Origin: Xylographa opegraphella
Lineage: Eukaryota
Direction: 5' to 3'
NCBI GenBank assembly: GCA_022813865.1
Contig: JALDZX010000037.1
Location: 124,001 to 188,000, forward strand
DNA: 64,000 bases
The notes beneath the pieces were generated by a model that worked only from the letters and a program-made list of their open reading frames with translations, was not told where the DNA came from and did no database searches. Shown one piece after another: positions 24,062 to 34,942 of this stretch (positions within the stretch are counted from its first letter, which is position 1; each line of letters begins with the position of its first letter). The position numbers were made by a program, and so were the translations under genes.

Positions 24062-24699
24062 TGTGTCGGATGGGGTGTAACTATTTGAAGTTTCTAAAGC
24101 CAAAGTGCTCCCTCAACGGTAGTAATGCCGCTGCAGTCAATGAGGTGGGTCTGTATAATAAGAGCTGGAAGTTGATGCGAGGATCTGAGGATAGGAGGGT
24201 ATGAGGAGTGATGCGTCGAGACTAGAGCAGACGCTCATGGAACGCACCTTCGCCGGAGTTGTCAGCAGCCATTTCATCGCTCTGGAAGCATTAGATACCT
24301 ACTCAAATGGGATGTTGACCACCCAGGACCTGGATGTTTTAGCCTTTAGCTCTCGCGTGGTCTTGATTCGACATCAGGATGCTCCAAGGTTTATTTCTCA
24401 GCAAGGATGCAGCTCTCACTGCCGGTATATTCTTACACACGGGTGGCGTGATGTGGTGGAAATTGGTGAGGTTGTCGCGTGAATTCCACTTCCGCTGACG
24501 GAACAGCTGAAGCAACTATATTTTGGCCGGTGATCTACACGACTGATGCTCTCGACCGTGGCTTGACTTGCGCGCGCTCGTCAAAGATTCGGCCGATCAC
24601 AATTGGCTCAGCTTGGGCAATGGTCAACTTATACGGACACAGTCAGCAGTTGGTGTTGAGTCTGCAGCAAGATAACACTGATATGCAGCTCTCTAACGC

Positions 24700-25150
24700 C
24701 GTAAGGTAAGGTAAGGTACCGTAGCGAAGGCCCGTGTATGTAGTCTAGTAGTAGGTAGGTAAGGTATCTCTGTACCTACCTACCTTAAGGTTTAATACCT
24801 TGCTCCACGGAACAAGGCAAGCAAATGTCCGATACGGTAGATTACAAGTACGGTATCCGTACCTTACCTTACCTCGCCAAGATCACCCCACACTGCCCTA
24901 ATTTCAGGGGCTTCGAAGTGCCCGAACTTCATGCCACACGTGAAATGACAGATAGGGCGACAGCCAATGAGGGCCTTCGCTACGTCTGAAACAGCCGCTT
25001 GCGAGATCTGAGCGCTCGGACGATAGAGCTACGGAAGCTAAGTTTTCCCTCCCTCCACTAAGGTACCTTACATAGTACGGAGTACGGAGTACCTTACCTA
25101 CCTTACTGTGTAGGTGCCGAGTACATTTGGTAGAGGAATGGACCTTACCT
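24700..25150. repeat. GGTA/TACC-rich low-complexity, palindrome-rich tract upstream of the septin gene
   Basis: gtaaggtaaggtaaggtacc, gtaggtaggta...tacctacctac, taccttaccttacc and taaggtacctta read directly. Confidence 0.75.
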
Positions 25151-25857
25151 AATTCTACTCAGATATGACACTTCCATAATGATCCAACGACGAGAGTGAA
25201 GGCACCACGAACTGGTCTTATCTGCGGGGACCCTAACGTAGCATGTTCCCTCGGAAATCACCGTCATTCTTTTCTACTCAGGACTTGCTTGATATCCAAC
25301 TGTGAAATCTTTATGTATCTTCTTTTCTTATGGAAAATGGCTCGCAGCTCGACCCTAAATCGTTCTCCCGGATGGATCATCGAAGGTCCCTGCTTTGATC
25401 CTTGCAGTTGATACGATACCGAGTCTCACGAGGAGCAAATATATCCAATGTTGATCTACTTCTGGACGAACCTCCCGAGGACCTTCGAGACTCTCGGGGA
25501 ACATCTCAAGCGGAATCTTTCCTGATTTGCCAGAGGAGCCGTCTCAGTCGTTCAACTGTGTCGACTGGATGGTAGAGCCATTGCTAAACTGAATTTCCAC
25601 GTATGTGGTTGATAGGGCATGGGAAGTGCTCCTCGCAAGGATTTTCGGTAGCAAAATAGTTGTTGGTCCTTTACATTGTTCAAGTGGCCACCCCCATTAC
25701 CCATACCTACCACTATAGGAGACAATATTTTGTGCGTATGCATCGTCCCAGTCATAATACCCACCATAGAACCGATGCCTCAGAACTCCCAGAAATGGTT
25801 TCCATGCGCTATGCAAACACAGCCCATCCCGTTCCATTTCCCTAACCTCCGGCCCGC

Positions 25858-27010
25858 TCAGGCCTTTCGCGCCGTCAAAACCGGACTCACAACGCACCTC
25901 TCCCCGGTAGGGCACACAGCCATGCGATTCAGCTGCTTGTCCTCCGGCCCGGTGGGTCCGCTCTGGTACTTGGCCGTCAGGCTGATGCCGAGGATCTCCT
26001 TCTGCCGCGGGTCGGACTGCGGGTACTGCTCGTCGCCCCAGGCGCCGGTGTAGTAGAGCCAGTTGGTGGGCGTGCCTGCGACATAAGGGGTGAAGACGGC
26101 GGTGGCGGCGTTGTAGGCGTAGGTGTAGCTGCTGAGGGTAGGGTCCCAGAGAGTGCCTTGGTCGCAGTGGTCTTCGAGCAGGAGGGGAAAGGGGAGGTTG
26201 ACCCCGGGGATGGTGTGGTCATGAGTTCTGTGGTGGAGTCAGCACAACTACTCTTGTAGTACATCGAGGGCTACTCCGCGGTTTACCCTGTGATTGCGTA
26301 GTTGGCGTGCGAACCCACGGCGCTGTAGGAAATGGGCCGCCGCCCTTGCTTCTCTACCGCGTTGTAGGTGAACGCCTCGCCAAAGCTGTGCTGGCTGAAC
26401 CACATGGCTTGTGGCAGCCCGTCTTGGAAGCGAATCATGTTGTGCTCCCAGTCCCCGACGTGGTCACCGATCACCATACCGAAGACCGTGTTGCCTAAGT
26501 TAAACGGATAGAAGTACATGTAGTAGGCATCGACCAGACCAGAACCATGGTCGTTGACAACGATAGCACAGCTGCGCGCCCCATCTGTCTTGCCAGTGCT
26601 ATCGGGCTTTACGCCATTGAGCCAAGGGGGGTTTGTGGTGATGTCGTCGATGGAAGTGAGGTAGATTTCTCCGCTACTAGGCGCAAAGGCGTTGAGGTCG
26701 TTCAGGTTATCGAGCGTCAGAGGAGTAGGTACATCCGCGACGACGGAGAAGTTGATTTCCGGCCGTGTGTTCACGAGTTGCGCGCCGATGTCGCCAGGCA
26801 TGTACTGCTCTGTGGAGTAAAGCCATACCAGGGGGGCTACATTCGGGTGTTGGCAATTCTGCCCACCAGCTCGGGGAGAAGCGCAAGCATACCATAGTCT
26901 ATGACATAACTGGGGACCGTAGAGCTTTGCCGCGAAGTGAGTGAAGTGGGCAAGGTGAGTACATATTGCACGAGAATGGAGAACATGATGGCCAGGCGTG
27001 ACCAGGCCAT
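25858..27010 (-). CDS. Secreted Vps62-related (DUF946) protein, 3 exons
   Basis: Signal peptide MAWSRLAIMF.., PSYVIDY/APLVWL, YFYPFNLGN, HVGDWEHNMIRF, SQHSFG, GSHANYA, WLYYTGAWGDEQYP..DPRQ, GPTGP. Confidence 0.88.
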
Positions 27011-27937
27011 GATGCGGAAAAGGGCCGCCGTGTACCGGCCGACGTGCGCGGGCGGGGCAGCGTTCGGAATGCACATCTGCGCTGAAGGGAACACATGGCC
27101 GAGCTTATATAGACAGTTGCTTCAAGCGTAGCACGTCTACGCGGACGGAGAGATTATGCCGCACATCCCCAATTGGCATGTGTGGTTTGGTTCACTGGGA
27201 TGAGAAACGAAAGCCCAGCACCAAGTCCTAAACCATGGAACAAAGCTATAAGCATGGAGGACGACTTATCCAGGTCAAAGGCAGGAAATGAGGCATCGTT
27301 CCCAGCTCGTGATCTCGGACTGTCTACAAACAGAACTGCTGGCCGGTCTGGTGCATGCAAGGCAGAAGCAGGACAGAGTTATCGATAAACGGTCTGCAGA
27401 CTCGGCCCCATATCCTACTGTAGGTGTGGCCAACTGACTGGGCAGCGGCAGTCTATCAGTGCTCGCGCCCCCACGCTCTTATCCCGTTGCTTGCAAGTGG
27501 TCGTCAGCATCTACAAATGCAGTCTCTAGTCGGTCGATCACTCCGTGAGATGCAGCAACGGTCAAGGATGATGTGTATCAAGCGTGCCGAGAGCAGTAAA
27601 CGTGGGACATTGAATGGACGAGGTCTCGTTGCAAGAGCCGGGCGCCAACAGCTTCAACGGCTGATCGACACGGAGAAGAAGAAGTCTAACCGGAATGCTT
27701 AATCGGATTTGATGCGATACACCTGTTCGTGTATCGGTCCAGTCTCATGATGTTGCTCTCAACCTGGAGCTGTTGCTAATATACATCCAACCAATCAACA
27801 GAAAACACGATATGCTTGCTCCTCATCGCTGAACTCCTTCCGCATTCCAACCCATCATGCTCGCATCAAAGAATAGCATCTCACTCTGTGAAAAGATAGT
27901 TACACCGCTCAATTGCGTTTGAGTTCTATCCCATGCC

Positions 27938-28918
27938 CTACATCCGCGTTGAGTTTGCCCGGGACAACTCATCCAGCTCTGACTCAAGGTGGCCAATCCC
28001 CAACCCTCTCGTGTCCACCGTATCTCCGTCACCGTTTCTCTTGGTCACATTCAATGGACGAGGCACTGTCAGGCGGTTCCCACGGCCCGGAGCTCTGGAC
28101 CGTGACTGTCTCAAGTACCCGTTCTTCTTTTGTCCATCAAGAGAACGGTCCGTCCCATCGCTTCCGAGACTGCTTATCAAAGCGATTTCACTTCGCGTAC
28201 GATCGCTACGTTCGAAGAATGGGTTACGATCTTTGCGGTATATCTCGTTTGGCTTGTCTATATCAAACTCGGATGCATCAGTTGTGTCGCTAGGTCCCGA
28301 CAGTGCACATCCTCCCGGAAGATATCGCGAGTACTGCGAGCTTGCATCACTGGGCGCCTCGGAAACCAATGCATCGTCCGGATGCGTGCGTGCCATCTCC
28401 TCCAGCTGATCGAGGAGAACAGCTCGTGCCTCAGGAATGGGGGACATTGCCACTAAAGGAATCTGTCTGGGCGAAAACGCCAGACCTCGTGTCACAGTGG
28501 GCGTGGGCGGTTCGATCTTGATCGTCATCGAGTGCGGGACATTTCGTAGCGGCGAAAGAAAAGTAGCTGGTGGAGACTGTAATACCTTCGCCGAATAAGT
28601 TTGTGGACGATAGAGCTCGGCCCTGTTGGTCTGCAACAATGTGTGTTGCGACACACCGACCCTTCCTTTCGAGGTGCAGTGCTGTGAGGCCAAATCAATG
28701 CCCAACCCAGGCGATTGATAGTCATACTGTGGCCGTGCGAAGTTTTCCTCCTCCTTCTTTGCCTTACCTTCTATCCTGGAGCGACGATTCCACCACCATA
28801 TTGATAGGATGAGCAGCACTATAAATCCAACTAATCCAAATGTGAATCCGACAATTTCTGGGATTGTGAGGCCTGCATTGGTAGCACTCAGTGGACTGGA
28901 ATCTCGGCTGACAATCAT
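27938..28918 (-). CDS. Hypothetical single-TM protein with low-complexity cytoplasmic tail
   Basis: ~326-aa ORF with N-proximal TM (IVGFTFGLVGFIVLLILSIWWW) followed by NRRSR. Confidence 0.65.
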   Translation of the reverse strand: MIVSRDSSPLSATNAGLTIPEIVGFTFGLVGFIVLLILSIWWWNRRSRIEGKAKKEEENFARPQYDYQSPGLGIDLASQHCTSKGRVGVSQHTLLQTNRAELYRPQTYSAKVLQSPPATFLSPLRNVPHSMTIKIEPPTPTVTRGLAFSPRQIPLVAMSPIPEARAVLLDQLEEMARTHPDDALVSEAPSDASSQYSRYLPGGCALSGPSDTTDASEFDIDKPNEIYRKDRNPFFERSDRTRSEIALISSLGSDGTDRSLDGQKKNGYLRQSRSRAPGRGNRLTVPRPLNVTKRNGDGDTVDTRGLGIGHLESELDELSRANSTRM

Positions 28919-30423
28919 GGTGAAGTCTTGAAGGCGAAGGCAAAGACCCAACCGGGCTATGTTGTTGCCGGTATTGCTTAACCGGTAGCTTTGTACACAG
29001 ACTGTGCTTGGAGTCGCACAAGGTAAGGATAACCTTTTGGCTTATATCGTTGATATCAAGTTTATAGATATGTTGAATGAGATTGAGAGGCCGAGGGATG
29101 TCATGCTGCGCGACAGACTCGGCCGAGGGTGTAGTGAATATTCACCATGCTCGCCACGCATGCAGGTGTGAATTCCTTCCCCGTGACCTCATGACCAGCG
29201 AGAACTCGCTGTGGGAAAGCACGAGGTAGCAGAACGAAGTATACCATGAATGACTGGAATTGGACATTGAGTATCTCGCTCCGTGCTCGGAGAGGACAAG
29301 TGTGGATTTACAGAAGGGAGAATCTATACCACATGACACCGACTTCGCTGTAATAGATCAGCAGTCTGCAGACGGACTCATGTCAGACCACGGAAATGCT
29401 GCCATCAACGGCGTCACAAAGTGTTACAGCCACCATACGTATCTTGGCATCAATACTTCAAGGACCAATTCTTGCTGCCATTGCCATGTCCACCACTTTC
29501 AGATTCCGAACCTCTCGAGCGCTGTAATTCCTGTCGTCAGGGAAGCCCACTAAAACAACAATACATAGAGAACACAGCAATTCAAAGCGAATTAAGGTAT
29601 GAACTGCAGTACCTACCATAGCTGGGCACGACACTCTTCGGACTGACCGTTGGCAGACCACATCCAGAATTTCCTGATGTCGCCGACAATAAATGCGATG
29701 TCTACCAGCCACTGGATGCTACCATCTTCACAAGCAGCAGATCAAGCCCACTTTAAGGATAGAGTCAAGCGAAGCCGGCCACAATTGTCGTATCAGGTAA
29801 CACATGTATACCTGGATTGCTCGCCGAGGTCAGTTTGTGATCGATTCCATACCGGAGCTATACGGGATACGATGCTTCTGCCAGTATACCCAGTACAAGA
29901 AATTTCCGTCGGGACTTGTCGAGTCAAGAAGAGATAAGAAGACCTTGCATTGTATGTACATCGGATCTATTGTTCGCTCGGAGTTAGCGACTTGCGTCTG
30001 GACTTGGATTTCCAAGGGGACGGGGCCGGTGTAATCCTTCAGAATAAGACAATTAGAATGGTGAGGTTCTCTCAGCATGCTGTACTCTGATATGGCTGGT
30101 AGTGAGGGCCCTCCTTATAGTAAACATGCGGTCGTATTCTATACATAACAATACGATATAGAAAGCCGCTGCGCTAGGTAAGATTCATGGTGGACAATGT
30201 TTGGCTCTATTGGTGATTGTCAAAACCCCTGCTTGGATGCCTTCGCTGGTGAACTTTTTGATACCTTGGCGGCGCTTATGGCAGGTACAGCAAATCGCTC
30301 TGATGCTTATCTAGGGTTGGCTGAAGGTGCAATACCTTAGTGCGATTGTGTCAGCTGACAGACTCAGTCAAGGTGTATCTAAATTCTTTCGGCAGCACGC
30401 CGTTCACACAATCCATGTCCTCC

Positions 30424-32630
30424 TCAAAACCATTCGCGTCCGAGCATTTTCTCTTGAAGCTTCTCCGGATGATTATCGCCTCTCATTCCAACAAAACTAA
30501 TAGCCTTGCGATTGTTGCATATTAGTACTTGGAGCTCGAAGATTTCGGTGTTCTGATATGGCTGGATGATGAACAATGCCTTGACCGTCAAACCTGAAGG
30601 ATGCGCACAGGCTTTCGCGCTTAGATGCGGTCCAATAAGTTGCGCGACCTTTTCAGCAAGAATAGCCGGACGGTAGTACTTTAACAAGGTGTGATGCAGA
30701 TATCGTGGAATCGGCACAGGCTTCTCGGTTGGGGCGTTCCAAAATTTGTAAATATGGGGCGATAGATCTTGGTCCCCATGATATGTAGCCAGCCATATGG
30801 CTGTAGTGAGAAAGCGAAGATTATGGAAGTGTCTGAGATGGGAAAGCTCGATTTGTGCTTTGAGTGAGGGGTAGTACAACATTGGAGCTCCAACGAAGCC
30901 ACGAAACTTAAGCTCAATCACGCTGTTCGCTTAGCTCAAAGCAAGCGCTTCGAGGATTGATAAGGAAGCTGAGCGGTCAACGACTTCCAAAGATAGCACT
31001 TCAAGTCCTTGTTGTGCTTCCAGAAGATCGTCCCTGGCGGGAGTCTGCTGTATGGAGGGCGCATCACTTTCCCAAGCAATCGGTCTCCCGAAATCATGAA
31101 TCTGATGACTGCTAACGTTGTCTTCAAGTTCAGTCCAGGTGTCACCCAAAGCCCAAATTCCGTCGATGACAAACGACTTTTTGTAGAGAACAATGCTGAA
31201 GTGCGTCAAGAAGCTTAAGACGCAGCTCAATGGGTATAGTGCCTTCTACCTTGAATACCCTTAAAGACCTCATTTGTGATGCCATAAAGCGGACGAAAGT
31301 CATCAGTCTTTCAGACATTTGCGGTGAGTAAGCTCTAATCCATTCGACGGCATCAGAATCGTAGTTCGGTGTCGGTGCATCCACTCTGAGAGACTTCAGA
31401 CGACGGTCTAGAGTTCTAATCACATCTCGCGCATCGTCCCCCAGGATTTCCACTTGAGTTCTGTCAGACAAGAAATTCTCTATCGGCCACGTCAGGCACT
31501 CTAGATTTGGATGTCGTTGAAAGAAGTCTAGCCATGGTGGACCCAACAGGTAGCACCCAGCATTAATTGCGGTCGAGATCGACGTCTCTGGTAGTTGAGC
31601 CTGCGGTTCTACCGCGTTCCGCAATTGCAATGCACGTAGGCGCGGGAACTGCGGTCTTGTCGATGTCAGAGCCTCAACCACAGCTCTACAATTCAGCAGC
31701 CAGTCGAATGTGATCGAAGTCAGTGTTTCCGTTTGCCCGTTCAGAACCCCATAGAAAAACAGAGGCTCATTTTCCCCCTTTCGAGGACTATCTGCACAGC
31801 CAAGACAACTAGAATTTCCACAAATATTTAAAACATAATTTGGGTGTCGCTTTGACAGACGAGAGTAAATTTTAGAGTCCAATTCGACTGCATTCTCTAG
31901 TGTCTCGGGTACGTAGGTGATACATTTGTATGTCGTAGTGGATTGGGAAGAAGCAGTACGGCTTCTAGCAAGATCGAATAGTTGCTCGTCATTGACCCCA
32001 GAAACGTACGTTCTCCTAATCCGAAAGCTTTCGAGGGCCGAAGTGGGGGATGAGACCCGTTGGCCCCAAGAGCATCTATCTATACAGGAACTCTCAATCC
32101 ACAAACGACGGACAGGTAGTTGTGAAATACGTTTGTGGTGAAAAGAAACCATGAATGAGACCCTCAACTATATATTGATGGCCCAAATGTATTCTGAGCG
32201 TATGAACGCCAGTCATACATCGAATAGCACGTTGTAGAATACAGCGCGTCCGAGGATCCGGAGAAAGTGCAGTGCTGCAGATGGACATTATAGGAATTTC
32301 TCCCCATTCTGGTAAATGTTCATGACACCGATACGAAAGCTCGCGGATGTAAAAGGCGAGATGAGGGCTTTCAATCAAGAGTAATAGCATTTCGAGCATA
32401 GGGTATCATCGTGCTGATCGAGAGCGGCACCATTTCGCCGATCTACAAGCTCGATAGTATGATACAAGTACGGAGTAACAAGAATCGAGTATCTCCTCGA
32501 AGACAAGCTAAATTGTGCTTATGCTGACTAAGGCAATTTGCGCAGTATGAGCTCCAATACTTCGTCCGGTAAAGTTTCCGTCTTGAGGCAGGTCAGCTGA
32601 ATTTGTAGAGGCAGAGCATTTCGTGCATAA
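30424..32630 (-). pseudogene. Disrupted F-box (LRR-like) protein gene
   Basis: F-box-like LPDEVLELILRKLP*SA*AQFSLSSRRYSILVTPYLY. In-frame stops at 32528-32530, 32519-32521 and 30931-30933. Frameshifts near 32400, 32140 and 31170 split it into four ORFs. Confidence 0.75.
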
Positions 32631-33098
32631 CATCACCGCAAACACATCAATATTATGCTTATCCCACACAACAGGAGCGAAGGAGAATTGCCAAGGACTC
32701 TAGATGCAGATATCAGGATCTGGGAGAGCTTCCATAAGGTACCTTAAGGTACGATACCTAGGTACCGTATGAAGCGTGCAACTGTTAGCCCTGAGAGCTA
32801 GTGCCGAGCTTGCGCTAGGTGCCGGTGCGTTAGGGTACGACGGAGACTACTACACATGGAGGCAAGCGTCTCCATTGTTCTGGCCATCAATATCTGCTTA
32901 GGTAGGTACCTTAAGGTTGTCAACAGATCGTTTATCTAGGAGGTGTTTTTAGTAAAGTCCGCATGGTGGCAAGATTGGTTCAATACCGAACAAGACGCAT
33001 CGGCCTGGATTTGATTCTTTGTAACTTTTCCGTTCGATCATTCATACATTCCACTTCTTTCATCTCATGTAGGATAGTGGTACGGAGTGTGAATAAAC

Positions 33099-34022
33099 AT
33101 GGACTCTAAGGGTAACAGCAAAGGTTTCACAGCAGTGAGGCAATGCGCATGTTGCCACTCTTCTGACAAAGTGGATCTATCTGTGTCTTCTGCCGATCAT
33201 GGAGCCCCTAGATCACTCAAGAAAAAGTGCCATTCGATTGATCAACTACCGCCATACATAAATACAAGGGTTGAACCTTGGATCTTAGACGCCATACACC
33301 CAGCCGGTCAGAACCAGTCACCCCGAGAAAACGGAAATCCAGTTTAAAGAATGAAATAGGACTTCTCCTAGCTGCACGACGCTTGGAGCATGGCGCTCAC
33401 GTTGGAATGTCTTTGACAAAGATACCTCCCAATCGAAACGACCGCATCTGCACAGCTCGAGAGCTTCCCTTACGCTCACCTACACTGAGCAATATATCAT
33501 CCGTATTTTGGGGTACTGATTCCAAGATAGATTCCTCCGAAGGCTCCCAAACCAAGTCTGACCTCATAGTGGAACTCGGATTGCAGATTGTGTATTTCGC
33601 ACTGCACGACATAAGCACAGACAATTGGCAACAGATTTGTGACATCATGAAGCAACAATAAAAGGGCCTCCCTAGAGCTAGATCGTGAAAAGCTGAATAA
33701 TGTTTACAATTCTTTCAAGTTAGCGGGCAACGAGTTTGACGCAAGAACAGCTGCATTGACTGAATTGAAACGATAGCGCTGGCATACAGGCAAGAATAAT
33801 GGGAAAGTCGAGACGACTCGATCAACAATGGATTCACCGCGTGCATTTGTCGCCCTCGAACAAGACGAATCTCATGAAAGATCCAAACGCGGTGCAAGCA
33901 TTGGGATGAATCATAGTGGCTCTTGGGAGCCTGGAGGCTATCGTCAAGTTGGCTTTCCATCCACCGAAGGGAGAGAACACTGTCAAAGCTCAATGATGGA
34001 AGTCTTGGACGGCATCCAGTGA
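33099..34022 (+). pseudogene. Possible degraded hypothetical gene, divergent from the F-box pseudogene
   Basis: Chain of protein-like ORF pieces (33099-33347, 33278-33661, ~33675-34022) joined by stops/frameshifts without obvious introns. Confidence 0.35.
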
Positions 34023-34942
34023 ACTAATATACTTCTCTATTTCACAACAGAGGATAAGGTTGCCAGAGGTGATTTGACCATAGCAATGCGTCAGATACCC
34101 AACAATTTTGCTCAAGCTCAAACGGGAAACAAATGAGAAGGACGTGATTCTTGGCCGTGCTTGGTTCTCTATTGGAATGTACTGATCAAACGGCGCAACT
34201 GAATTGCCATTGGGCAGCTATAAGTCCGAAGGGTATCCTCTGACAGTGGACCAAAAACATCGCTAATTGGACTCTTTGTGACTCCAGATGAAGCAGTACA
34301 AAGAAGCGAAGAGATGTATTGCTGACATGGTGGAGCATTACATGAACAAAGCATTTATAGAGCTTGTGGCAGATCTCGATCAGCTTACTGAGATGAGCAC
34401 GCCGAATAGTCAAGAGGCAGCCTCTTCAGCTACTCAGTAAGAATCCGAGGAGCATCCAGTCGCTATTCACAATCGTGCCTACTCAAAGATCACCAGTGAC
34501 AGGAAAAGCCTGATTCTTGCTGATCGGGTGGTAACGCGATCTCACGTTGATTGCAGGGTTTCAGCTCGAAGGTTGATAGCTTGCAGTATGTTCGACACGT
34601 GATCCCTACTTATCCTATGAATCTTGATGATATTCGCATGACCTATGGTGCATGTTGTGCTATTGAACGGTCCTCAATCCTTTGCTGTATCTATGTACCT
34701 CATATACAAAAAGTGTATGGATCTTTAGCGTGCCAAATCCCTGTCGCCTTGCCTTGATCGGGTAATTCTCCACCGTTGCGGCACACTCTGGCCTAAGTCC
34801 TGTCAGCTAGGAGAGAAGGTTGGTGAGAAGTGACAGGTTGAAAGCTCCGCTGATTCATTACTTGAAGTTCTGCAATACTATCGAGAGGTAGTGAGCATAT
34901 AAGATACCGAAAATTTCGCATCAATCTCACGTAGCGAGCTCC

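Noticed and set aside
29100..30100. Chain of short + strand ORFs, possible relic
   Set aside because: Could not be stitched into a recognisable protein.
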